A DNA stretch of 64,000 bases from assembly GCA_958296135.2 (NCBI GenBank), contig CATQHZ020000001.1, forward strand, positions 3,136,001 through 3,200,000, written 5' to 3'. The notes beneath the pieces were generated by a model. The model saw nothing but the letters and a program-made list of their open reading frames with translations, searched no databases and was not told the origin of the DNA. Position 1 is the stretch's first letter; the number at the start of each line of letters is the position of its first letter. The translations under genes were made by a program, and so were the position numbers. Shown one piece after another: positions 1 through 8,354 of this stretch. The DNA comes from an uncultured Poribacteria bacterium. GTDB taxonomy: Bacteria; Poribacteria; WGA-4E; WGA-3G.

Positions 1-971
1 CAACAGATTTGCATATCCGAGGTAATGCAGAGATCTGAGTAGGCGGCGGGACCGGCGTGTAGGACTTTGCCTTCACTCCAATTCTGGCACTCATCGTAAC
101 TGATGCGAATCGTCATCCGTTCGCGGTTCTGACTCGCCGGGTTAGAGAAGAGGACGCGGTTCTTGTCGTGCGTTTGCGCATCCGAGTAGCGAATCAGGCT
201 GGCTTGACAGATAGGTTCAACGAGGTTTTCGGCATACCCGAATTCCGTGAACGTATCGCCGTTATCGGTGCTCCACGCGTAAGCGCGCCGCTTCGGCGCA
301 ACATAGTTGCGGCAGTTGAAATAGAGAGAGCCCGCCACCGTCTCAACCACAACAGATTCGTTGGTGCCGGGTTGCGCTGTGCCACCGATGCGCCATGTCT
401 CACCGCTGTCATCGCTGACGATGAGATGCGAAAAGCCGGATTCGGCGTAGTTCCGTGAATGCCCGACGACGTGATCGCACGGAATCACTAATCTGCCGTT
501 TGCCAACTGAATGCCGTGACACGGCCCTGTTGCATACCATGTCCACTCTGCTGCTTTGGTTGTGTCCGTGAGCTCCTTCGGTTCTACCCACGTTTCACCG
601 TCGTCCGTGCTGGAGGTTACCCAGACGGTGCGCGGTGCCTCGCCAGAGATAATCTTCCCTTCTGCGCCATCGGCGAGATTTTTGCAGAAGAGCAGCCAGA
701 TTGTGCCAGTGTGCCTATCAACGACGGGAGACGGGTTTCCATCGGTATCGCTTCCGGTTGAGACAGCGATTTGCATCGGCTGCCAAGTTGCGCCGTTGTC
801 AAAACTGCGCTTCAGCACAATATCAATGTCACCAGAATCGCCGCCGCCCGTGCGTCTCCCCTCGCAGAACGCGAGCAGCGTTCCCTGAGTGGAGACAGCT
901 AGTGCCGGGATGCGGAAGGTGTGATACCCTTCTGTTCCAGCTGTGAAGAGGGGGCTCTCTTGTTTGAACAT
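1..971 (-). CDS. Exo-alpha-sialidase (GH33-type), 3' end runs off the window
   Basis: Not in the ORF track. My translation from ATG 971 (RBS GGAGG) gives MFKQESPLFTAGTEGYHTFRIPALA, with the FRIP motif and Asp-boxes SFDNGATW, STDDGETW, SDDSGETW and STDNGDTF. Confidence 0.9.
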   Translation of the reverse strand, partial: MFKQESPLFTAGTEGYHTFRIPALAVSTQGTLLAFCEGRRTGGGDSGDIDIVLKRSFDNGATWQPMQIAVSTGSDTDGNPSPVVDRHTGTIWLLFCKNLADGAEGKIISGEAPRTVWVTSSTDDGETWVEPKELTDTTKAAEWTWYATGPCHGIQLANGRLVIPCDHVVGHSRNYAESGFSHLIVSDDSGETWRIGGTAQPGTNESVVVETVAGSLYFNCRNYVAPKRRAYAWSTDNGDTFTEFGYAENLVEPICQASLIRYSDAQTHDKNRVLFSNPASQNRERMTIRISYDECQNWSEGKVLHAGPAAYSDLCITSDMQIC

Positions 972-1004
972 TTTTCCTCCTTGAACGAAAACCGCCCTTA
1001 TTCC

Positions 1005-1131
1005 GTAGCGCGAGGGCTCCTCTCGCGAACCTTCGATCCCGACGAAAATCCGCTGATGCCCGGAGGCATAGCGAGGGACAGGCGACACACGCACGTTTTC
1101 TGTAGGCGTGACTGTGACGGCCTTCGCCCTA
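1005..1131. repeat. Cluster of GTAG-type REP-like palindromes
   Basis: GTAGCGCGAGGGCTCCTCTCGCGA at ~1005. The segment 1083-1131 matches the reverse complement of 20881-20931 and a third copy at ~56905-56952. Confidence 0.75.
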
Positions 1132-1147
1132 TGGGCTGCGGGCCGGT

Positions 1148-1867
1148 CTATTTTGCCGACTTAATCCTTGCCCAAGCCGTCGCCAATTTTCCGAGAGGCT
1201 GGATGGGGGCCGGGTCATCCATGATAAACTCATCGATTTCCTTCTGATGGTCAGAAATCCGAAGCCCATCGACGACGCAGTTGGTTGGGAACTTGGGATC
1301 GGGCGGGGAAGCGTTGTTGATCTCAAAGGTTTCGGCGAACACCGCCGGTCCCTTTTTGAAATCGTCTTCTCCCTCTAACTTGCCGTCTAGGTAGAGTTTC
1401 AAGCCGGCCGGGCCCCACGTGCCTGCTATATGGTGATGCTCCCCTTCTTTCCAATTGAGCGGTGAACTATCGGCGTTGAACCACGAGCCTGCGCTTTTGA
1501 TGCGCATGCGCGCAATGCCGCCGCCATCAAATTGCACGAACACAGCATCCGTGCCGCGCTTGTAAGTCATGAACAGGAAAAGTTCGCCGTTGACCTCCTT
1601 GGCATCGAACCCCATCGTTACCCAGAGTTCGACGGTGCCTTCATCAAGGTTGACGAACCGGTCTTCTACAGGGAAGTGGATGACATCGCCTACCTCTTCG
1701 CTGACGAAGCCGTTGCCGAATTTACCGGGGGCGAAACTGCCGCCATCGACGGTGCCGCCCTCTTTTTCTACTTCTGCCTTGCTCTCTAGCGCAGAAAAGA
1801 AGGTCTCCTCTGCAGCAGCGATTGAGACGCAAAGCAGTGCAATTGCTAAGACACATAACGTTTTCAT
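1148..1867 (-). CDS. Secreted LamG-like jellyroll protein with C-terminal KLATAWARIK motif
   Basis: Signal peptide MKTLCVLAIALLCVSIAAA after a GGAGG RBS. LamG motifs GTVELWV, HHIAGTW, LYLDGK and VDGLRIS. Confidence 0.85.
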   Translation of the reverse strand: MKTLCVLAIALLCVSIAAAEETFFSALESKAEVEKEGGTVDGGSFAPGKFGNGFVSEEVGDVIHFPVEDRFVNLDEGTVELWVTMGFDAKEVNGELFLFMTYKRGTDAVFVQFDGGGIARMRIKSAGSWFNADSSPLNWKEGEHHHIAGTWGPAGLKLYLDGKLEGEDDFKKGPAVFAETFEINNASPPDPKFPTNCVVDGLRISDHQKEIDEFIMDDPAPIQPLGKLATAWARIKSAK

Positions 1868-1886
1868 GAGATACCTCCAATTTTTA

Positions 1887-2068
1887 GCGAGGGACAAATC
1901 CCTCGATGAATCTTCGTAAATTGTAATTTGGCTTGTAGCGCGAGGGACAACCTGTCCCTCGCGAACTCAAGCTTGATGGAAACCGTCCTTGGCTTGTAGC
2001 GCGAGGGACAACCTGTCCCTCGCGAATTCAAACCTGACGAAATGGCGAGGGCCTGTCCCTCGTCCTAC
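1887..2068. repeat. Tandem REP-like palindromes GTAGCGCGAGGGACAACCTGTCCCTCGCGA
   Basis: Two near-identical copies (~1935, ~1996) plus degenerate copies. An inverted copy lies at ~11212-11240. Confidence 0.85.
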
Positions 2069-3027
2069 GATGAGATGGGCAACTTCTTACATATCGCGTA
2101 AACGTATGGCGAGGTGAGTTGCTGGTTCGGAATGCGCATCCCCGCGAGCAAATTTCCGATGACAATATCCGTCAAATTGACGCACTTGCAAAGCATCTCA
2201 TGCCCCCATTTTCCGATAACCGCGCGCCACGGTGAATAATCGACGACGCTCAATTTGAGAGGGCCGCCCGTGTAGCCGAATTCTGTGACGTGAAGCCCAA
2301 CGTCTCGTAATGCCTTAGCGAGTGCGGGCGGCGTAATCACCTGATGCGTCGCGAGGAGTTTCGGGCTCGCGACGCGCGCGATAGGCGTGTACATTCCTCG
2401 CAGATTCGGCGTGAGCGTGAGCAGTGTCCCCATGGGTTTAAGAAGCGTGTGCATCTCCGCCAAAATCGCTTGCGGTTCGGTGAAATGCTCAATCAATCCC
2501 ATTGAATAGACGAAGTCAAATTCTTCTCTGTGCGTTTTGATAAAATCAAACATATCTTCACAGACAACCGTGCCTTGCGCGCTAGCGAGGGCAAGGTTGC
2601 GTTGCGCGAGTTGACAGCCTAACTCCGAGAAATCGACACCGTAACAGTCACTTTCGTAGGTTTGCGCGAGATAGGGGAGCCATAACGAATCGGCGCATCC
2701 CAGTTCAACCAGTTTTGGTTTTTCAGAGAAAGCGGGGTTACAATCCTCTTTTGTCGCTCGCAAGGGTTGTTGGTGCAATAACGTCTGTCGGCGTAATCCG
2801 TCATTGACGTTGTCGATGACTACGTTTTTGCGCCTGTAAAGCGGGCTGGAAGCGTTCAATTTTCCGAAATCCGCCAATGCGCGTTGAAAAAGTTTGGCGA
2901 GTTGCCGGTTCGCGACATAAGCCCACCGCAGGTGCCGCACCTTATGCTGCTGTCCATCCCAGAGGGTTGTCCAGTAGGATTCGTCTGTCAACGGTTTCGC
3001 TTGCGAGTCCATTTCGGATGCCTTCAT
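2065..3027 (-). CDS. Class I SAM-dependent methyltransferase carrying a ~45-aa repeat-derived insert
   Basis: Motif I LVELGCA, GVDFS, FDFVYSMGLIEHF and LKPMG. Confidence 0.85.
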   Translation of the reverse strand: MKASEMDSQAKPLTDESYWTTLWDGQQHKVRHLRWAYVANRQLAKLFQRALADFGKLNASSPLYRRKNVVIDNVNDGLRRQTLLHQQPLRATKEDCNPAFSEKPKLVELGCADSLWLPYLAQTYESDCYGVDFSELGCQLAQRNLALASAQGTVVCEDMFDFIKTHREEFDFVYSMGLIEHFTEPQAILAEMHTLLKPMGTLLTLTPNLRGMYTPIARVASPKLLATHQVITPPALAKALRDVGLHVTEFGYTGGPLKLSVVDYSPWRAVIGKWGHEMLCKCVNLTDIVIGNLLAGMRIPNQQLTSPYVYAICKKLPISS

Positions 3028-3075
3028 TCGCCTTGTTGCAGTAGGAGAGCCCTCCCGCGTCTTGATGCATGGCCG

Positions 3076-3171
3076 TATCGGGACAAGGATGTCCCGCCTA
3101 CCAGCATTGATATCGGGACAAGGATGTCCCGCCTACCAGCATTGATATCGGGATAGGGATGTCCCGCCTAC
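3076..3171. repeat. 35-bp tandem repeat (about 2.7 copies) of REP-like palindrome GTAGGCGGGACATCCTTGTCCCGA
   Basis: Unit tatcgggacaaggatgtcccgcctaccagcattga starts at 3076, 3111 and 3146. Confidence 0.9.
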
Positions 3172-4653
3172 TCAAACGCCAGAATCCTCCAGCCCTTCCT
3201 CTGCAAGAATTGCGTCGTGTTCGATGATGGGACACAGATCGCAGAGTTTATCGGCGCAGTAATTTTTGTAGAGCCGCATCGCCCCCTGCTGCGTTTTGGC
3301 TGTTTTGATTGCATCCTTCATCGGCTGTGCTTCGGTGAAGATTTGCTTCTCAATTTTACGCAGCATCGCGTTTTCTTGCAATTTCGCGTAACTGCTGTAC
3401 AGCTGTAAAATCGCTTTTTGCAGTCCCCGGCTATCCGCTTCAACCGCCCAAACGTACGCCACCGGTAAGATTTTGTTGATGAGGATGTCCAATGCGCGGC
3501 TTTTTCCGATGAGTGCCGCTTTGCCGACGGCGCGTCCGAAGTTGGAGTGGGTTTCCCAGTAGCCATCGGGTTCCAGTGTGAGGCGTGCCAGGAGTTCTCT
3601 CTGAATGTTGCGCAGCAGCTGCGGTGTCTCGGCTGTGACGGAGCGTTCGCAGGTGGGGAGAAAGTGCATCATCAAGCTGCCTTGACAGTGATGGATGAGT
3701 CGGCTTATCGCTGCGATGCGCCGGGTAGGATAGTTAAAGGGTCGGATTTTTCCGAAACGCCATCGGGATGCCGCCATCTGTTCCGTGCGCGATGCGTAAT
3801 CCGAAGCACTCCACAGTGCCTCTAACGCTGCAATGAACGGATGTTCAGCCGCCTGCACCGGCAGCGGTTCCTCAAGTTGTGATGGCAGCAGCCCGGCGAC
3901 ACCGAATAAGATGGCTTGGATCTCCCATTCGGATTTTTCGTCAAAGTCGGCGAAAGGCACACGCTGTGCCAGTTCGCGCAGGGGCGTGCTGTTGTCTCGG
4001 TAACCTAATGCCTCCATTATTCCTTCGTAGAGCAGTTGCTCAAAATCGAGGCGCGTTCGCAAGAGGCGCATCGCCTCCGTTTTCTCCAAAAAACGTTCGC
4101 GTCCTAACGAATCAAAAACGCCGCGTAGCACCTCAACGTCGAGCTTGTGCCCCGTTACCTGGCAGTAATTGGCGGCATTTACCTCCGCTTTCTGCGCCTG
4201 GTCAAACATATCACCGGTAGGCGCGTTGATGAATTTGAGGAGTTCCAACGTCGGAACCCGCTTCCCGTTCTGGAGCCGCGTCCGCAGATTGAAATCATCG
4301 TTAAAGAAAACAGCATGCAGGATGACGCGGTTATATCTGGGATTGAGATGGTGTTTATGCGTATACCACTCCGAAGAGCTAACGTGAATCTCAACATCTC
4401 CGACGTGCAGTTTGCCGGCGAGTTCAATTTCTGCGTGCAAGAAATCGGGGCCCTCGCCGTGGTTCCACGTTCCGGGCTTCAGCACGCGGATTGTGCGTCT
4501 GTCAATCGCCTCAAGATTAGCATTGAAGAAGCGTTGCGTCTGCCATAATTTTTGGACGAACGCCTCTTCGATTTTGCTCAGATCGGGTTCGTAAACCTGG
4601 TCTGGTTCTCTGAACTGCGCTATGAGATGTGCGATTTTATCCATATCATTCAT
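3172..4653 (-). CDS. DUF2851 family protein
   Basis: PGxWNxxxGPDF, GDVEIH, WYTHKHHLNPRYNRVILH, RPxNYPTRR and C-terminal C-x4-C-x2-C. The likely start is MNDMDK at 4653, just after thiE. Confidence 0.85.
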   Translation of the reverse strand: MNDMDKIAHLIAQFREPDQVYEPDLSKIEEAFVQKLWQTQRFFNANLEAIDRRTIRVLKPGTWNHGEGPDFLHAEIELAGKLHVGDVEIHVSSSEWYTHKHHLNPRYNRVILHAVFFNDDFNLRTRLQNGKRVPTLELLKFINAPTGDMFDQAQKAEVNAANYCQVTGHKLDVEVLRGVFDSLGRERFLEKTEAMRLLRTRLDFEQLLYEGIMEALGYRDNSTPLRELAQRVPFADFDEKSEWEIQAILFGVAGLLPSQLEEPLPVQAAEHPFIAALEALWSASDYASRTEQMAASRWRFGKIRPFNYPTRRIAAISRLIHHCQGSLMMHFLPTCERSVTAETPQLLRNIQRELLARLTLEPDGYWETHSNFGRAVGKAALIGKSRALDILINKILPVAYVWAVEADSRGLQKAILQLYSSYAKLQENAMLRKIEKQIFTEAQPMKDAIKTAKTQQGAMRLYKNYCADKLCDLCPIIEHDAILAEEGLEDSGV

Positions 4654-4664
4654 ATTTTTCCCTT

Positions 4665-5309
4665 TCAACGTCGCCAAGCGATACCTCTCTGAATTTCGCT
4701 GAGCAGTGCAGCCGTTGCAACTTGCGGTTCGGGATGCGCGCACACTGCGGAGATGACAGCGATGCCGTGTGCGCCCGCACGAATTACCGCTGCAGCGGTA
4801 TCCACCGTAATACCGCCAATCGCGATGACAGGACAATCCGCAATCTCGCACATGCGGCGAAGCCGCGCGAGCCCTTTGGCGGTTTCCGCGTCCGGCTTTG
4901 AGCTGGTGTCGTAAATAGGCCCGAACCCGATATAGTCCGCTCCTTCCGAAATCGCGGCGAGGATTTTCGCCTCGGTCCGTGCCGAGGCTCCGATGAGAGT
5001 CTCCGCGGGAAGGATACGTCTCCCGATGGTGACAGGCATATCGTCCTGTCCGAAATGCACGCCTTTCGCGCCGACTGCCATCGCGATATCGGCGCGGTCA
5101 TTGACAATTAACGGGACACCGTGTTGCGCGCAGAGCGTCTGCATTTCTTGTGCGGTGTGCACTAATTCGCGCGTCGTGCCCGTTTTCTGCCGAAATTGCA
5201 CCGTGTCCGCGCCGCCAGCAATTGCCAGTTCTGCCAGTTGCGCGTGTGTGAATCGCGATTGAAGCGTTGTATCAGTGATGACGTGAAGAACGCCGATTTC
5301 TTTTTTCAT
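4665..5309 (-). CDS. thiE: Thiamine-phosphate synthase
   Basis: VQFRQK, LIVNDRADIA, GVHFGQDD, GADYIGFGPIYDTSSK, IAIGGI and GIAVISA. Confidence 0.95.
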   Translation of the reverse strand: MKKEIGVLHVITDTTLQSRFTHAQLAELAIAGGADTVQFRQKTGTTRELVHTAQEMQTLCAQHGVPLIVNDRADIAMAVGAKGVHFGQDDMPVTIGRRILPAETLIGASARTEAKILAAISEGADYIGFGPIYDTSSKPDAETAKGLARLRRMCEIADCPVIAIGGITVDTAAAVIRAGAHGIAVISAVCAHPEPQVATAALLSEIQRGIAWRR

Positions 5310-6069
5310 CGTCTTTTTCCGTGTCTATAGAGAGTCCTAACGCCGAGCGGAGTGCGTCGCGAACCTCGTCGCCGATGCGCACCGCGTGTGCAACATCGGC
5401 CGCTGTCGCAAAATACGCCCCAAAATCGGGGTGCCATCTGCGCCATTCCGGGTGCGTTGGTACAATCAGAGCCAACAATTCGTTCAAGTCGTGCGTCCTC
5501 GGCGGGCGGATGTTTGCCTCCTGCAGCCATGCCTTGAGATATTTTTCAATGCACTGCTGCAAGTGGAAACAGATAACATCAGGAATAGTTGGCGTGGCTA
5601 CCTGCGGAAGCATTGATTGGCTTGTGATGTAATCGCCTTCAGCCTTTTGCACCAATTCCAATGTCAATGGGTTCATAGAGCCGTTCATCTCCCAAACAGG
5701 CACCACGGCTTTTTCGGCGAGCCGCAGTTCGCCGTTGTGGGGTGGCAGCGCGCCCTGATTTTCATAAAGCACATCGCCCTTTTCAAGAATTTCGCGGAAG
5801 AACCAATCGTTATGCGAGACACGATACGCGATGTCCTCTGGCGAGTGGACATGCAAATCCAGCCGAAACCGCGTGGGAATGCGTCTTTTCATGTCCAATT
5901 CTTGCCGCCGCGTCTCCGATTGCAGCATCGCCATCACGACGAGCATATCAACATCGGAGTCTTTCGTCGGTGTGCCATAAGCATAGGAACCGAAGAGGAT
6001 GACTTGTAGTGGTGCGAATTCGCGCACGATGTCATCGCAGGTAGCTTGAATCTCTTTGGTGGAAATCAT
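5272..6069 (-). CDS. Fused MNT nucleotidyltransferase-HEPN protein, copy A (36-bp internal deletion)
   Basis: FGSYAYGTPTKDSDVD (GS-x10-DxD) followed by HEPN motifs CFHLQQCIEKYLKA and RTHDL. It lacks the FTKYAVDGRYPA segment of copy B. Confidence 0.85.
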   Translation of the reverse strand: MISTKEIQATCDDIVREFAPLQVILFGSYAYGTPTKDSDVDMLVVMAMLQSETRRQELDMKRRIPTRFRLDLHVHSPEDIAYRVSHNDWFFREILEKGDVLYENQGALPPHNGELRLAEKAVVPVWEMNGSMNPLTLELVQKAEGDYITSQSMLPQVATPTIPDVICFHLQQCIEKYLKAWLQEANIRPPRTHDLNELLALIVPTHPEWRRWHPDFGAYFATAADVAHAVRIGDEVRDALRSALGLSIDTEKDDEKRNRRSSRHH

Positions 6070-6093
6070 GCTGCCGTGCCTCCTTGAGAATAA

Positions 6094-6123
6094 AGTATAA
6101 CATGGAAACCTAACGCATGTCAA
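6094..6123 (-). promoter_or_regulatory. Sigma70-type promoter TTGACA-N18-TATACT with extended -10 TG
   Basis: Reverse complement reads TTGACAtgcgttaggtttccatgtTATACT. An identical copy lies at 6981-7010. Confidence 0.7.
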
Positions 6124-6131
6124 CGCGGCAA

Positions 6132-6956
6132 TCAGAAAGAACGCCGATTTCTTTTTTCATCGTCTTTTTCCGTGTCTATAGAGAGTCCTAACGCCGAGCG
6201 GAGTGCGCTGCGAACTTCGTCGCCGATGCGCACCGCGTGTGCAACATCGGCCGCTGTCGCAAAATACGCCGGATACCGGCCATCCACGGCGTATTTTGTA
6301 AACGCCCCAAAATCGGAGTGCCATCTGCGCCATTCCGGGTGCGTTGGTGCAATCAGAGCCAGCAATTCGTTCAAGTCGTGCGTCCTCGGCGGGCGGATGT
6401 TTGCCTCCTGCAGCCACGCCTTGAGATATTTTTCAATGCACTGCTGCAAGTGGAAACAGATAATATCAAGAAAACCGGGGGTGGACAAATGCTGAAGATG
6501 CAACTTAACCGAAGCATAATCAGCCTCAGCCTTTTGCACCAATTCCAATGTCAATGGGTTCATAGAGCCGTTCATCTCCCAAACAGGCACCACGGCTTTT
6601 TCGGCGAGCCGCAGTTCGCCGTTGTGGGGTGGCAGCGCGCCCTGATTTTCATAAAGCACATCGCCCTTTTCAAGAATTTCGCGGAAGAACCAATCGTTAT
6701 GCGAGACACGATACGCGATGTCCTCCGGTGAGCGAACATGCAAATCCAACCGAAACCGCGTGGGAATGCGTCTTTTCATGTCCAATTCTTGCCGCCGCGT
6801 CTCCGATTGCAGCATCGCCATCACGACGAGCATATCAACATCGGAGTCATCTGTCGGTGTGCCATAAGCATAGGAGCCGAAGAGGATGACTTGTAGTGGT
6901 GCGAATTCGCGCACGATGTCATCGCAGGTGGCTTGAATCTCTTTGGTGGAAATCAT
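6132..6956 (-). CDS. Fused MNT nucleotidyltransferase-HEPN protein, copy B
   Basis: Start MISTKEI after an AGGAGG RBS. Motifs GS-x10-DxD, CFHLQQCIEKYLK, RTHDL and YAVDGRYP. Confidence 0.88.
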   Translation of the reverse strand: MISTKEIQATCDDIVREFAPLQVILFGSYAYGTPTDDSDVDMLVVMAMLQSETRRQELDMKRRIPTRFRLDLHVRSPEDIAYRVSHNDWFFREILEKGDVLYENQGALPPHNGELRLAEKAVVPVWEMNGSMNPLTLELVQKAEADYASVKLHLQHLSTPGFLDIICFHLQQCIEKYLKAWLQEANIRPPRTHDLNELLALIAPTHPEWRRWHSDFGAFTKYAVDGRYPAYFATAADVAHAVRIGDEVRSALRSALGLSIDTEKDDEKRNRRSF

Positions 6957-7094
6957 GCTGCCGTGCCTCCTTGAGAATAAAGTATAACATGGAAACCTAA
7001 CGCATGTCAACGCGGGAGAGGCAATTACTTGCAAGCTATATCTAAGTGTGGTAAACTCCCCTTTAATCATTATACTACATACAGGAGAATTTCT

Positions 7095-7730
7095 GTGAAT
7101 AATTTGTTGTTTCAGTCCGGCGAGAAGGTTCTTTTCATCGGAGATAGCATCACGGATTGCGGGCGGCGAGATTTGCACGCGCCCCTGGGGCACGGCTACG
7201 TCCGTAAAATAACGGAGCTCATCACAGCGAGATACCCGGAACGCGACATCGCCTACGTGAACAAAGGAATTGGCGGGGACATCGTTGAAGGCTTAGAAAG
7301 TCGGTGGGGCACGGATGTCATTGCCGAGGCTCCGGCGTGGCTCTCGGTGAAAATCGGGATTAATAACGCCAGTCGCCAGCACGCGGAAGGTGTATCAACG
7401 GAAGATTACCTGCCGGTTTGGGAGGCTTGCTATCGGCGTATCCTGCAGCGGGTTCGTGATGAACTGCAGGCGCGCCTCTTTCTTTTTGAGATTTTCTATG
7501 TCGCGGAAGATGTCGACGTGCCGCGCCCGTTAGTAGTCGATGCCTATAACGCCAGCATCCACCGGCTTGCCGAGGAATTTGACGCACGGCTCATCCAGAC
7601 ACATGCCGCTTTTCAGAAGGCAGTCGCAGCGCGCCCCGGGGCATTGTGGACAACGCAAGATGGCGTGCACCCGAACGCGGAGGGACATACGTTGATGGCA
7701 TTGGAATTTCTGAAGCAGGCGGGGTGGTAA
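7095..7730 (+). CDS. SGNH/GDSL hydrolase
   Basis: FIGDSITD, NKGIGG, IGINN and DGVHPN. GTG start after an AGGAG RBS. Confidence 0.92.
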   Translation: MNNLLFQSGEKVLFIGDSITDCGRRDLHAPLGHGYVRKITELITARYPERDIAYVNKGIGGDIVEGLESRWGTDVIAEAPAWLSVKIGINNASRQHAEGVSTEDYLPVWEACYRRILQRVRDELQARLFLFEIFYVAEDVDVPRPLVVDAYNASIHRLAEEFDARLIQTHAAFQKAVAARPGALWTTQDGVHPNAEGHTLMALEFLKQAGW

Positions 7731-7803
7731 GGGCTATCAAATTAGGATTGACAGACGGAGCCCATGGGTGCGGTTTGAAACTGCGCCTATGGGACATTTG
7801 GTA

Positions 7804-8298
7804 TTAGTCGGTTTCCAGTTGCTTCCGCACCTGTTCCTCGCTGGCCGTCCAGACGCGGTGTCCGAGTTCTACGAGTCGCGGCGCGAAGCGGGAGTTCTCA
7901 ATTTCAGTTTTGAACGTCTCACCGCCATGCATTTTGAGAAGAATGAGCGCGAACGCGATTAAGATAACGCTAGAAGCAATACCGAAGCCGATTCCCAACA
8001 GGCGGTTTAGCCATCCTAAAACGCCTTCTTCAAAGATGCGGCGGATCCGTTCAAAGAGAATATCCACGAGAATAGCGGTAACGATGACGAGCGCGACGAT
8101 GCTCAGCCATTTCGCTGCATCGGGGTTCTCGATGAACCGTTGGAGGTAGGGTGCCAGTTTCGGAGAAAAATAACTCGCTGTCCAGAACCCGGTGCCCAGC
8201 GAGAAAAGCCCCCAAACGCTTCGGGTGAAACCGGCGCGGTAGCAGCTCAACCCCGCTAATCCGATAAGAATGAGAATGGCGATATCCAACTTAGTCAT
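7804..8298 (-). CDS. CvpA (colicin V production) family membrane protein
   Basis: LDIAILILI..YRAGF N-terminus, four hydrophobic helices, LNRLLGIGFG. Confidence 0.85.
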   Translation of the reverse strand: MTKLDIAILILIGLAGLSCYRAGFTRSVWGLFSLGTGFWTASYFSPKLAPYLQRFIENPDAAKWLSIVALVIVTAILVDILFERIRRIFEEGVLGWLNRLLGIGFGIASSVILIAFALILLKMHGGETFKTEIENSRFAPRLVELGHRVWTASEEQVRKQLETD

Positions 8299-8354
8299 TA
8301 TGCGCTGTAGGGGCGGATGTCCATATCCACCCTGGCGAACATCCGCTCTGATGC

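Larger units (their letters stand above)
5286..7015. repeat. Tandem duplication (843 + 879 bp) of promoter, MNT-HEPN gene and first codons of thiE
   Basis: 5286-6128 and 6137-7015 are near-identical except for a 36-bp indel and one 53-bp divergent block. They are separated by an 8-nt spacer. Confidence 0.95.

Noticed and set aside
3076-3171. CRISPR-like 35-bp repeats (also 1935-2030 and 41602-41696)
   Set aside because: The units are contiguous or have no unique spacers, and there are no cas genes. They fit REP tandem arrays.
6957-7193. Long N-terminal extension of ORF 6132..7193 (similar extensions at 4851, 15997, 17097, 22793, 29834, 32584, 34418, 57798)
   Set aside because: The extensions run through promoters, repeats or neighbouring genes. 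RBS position and paralog comparison support the downstream starts.
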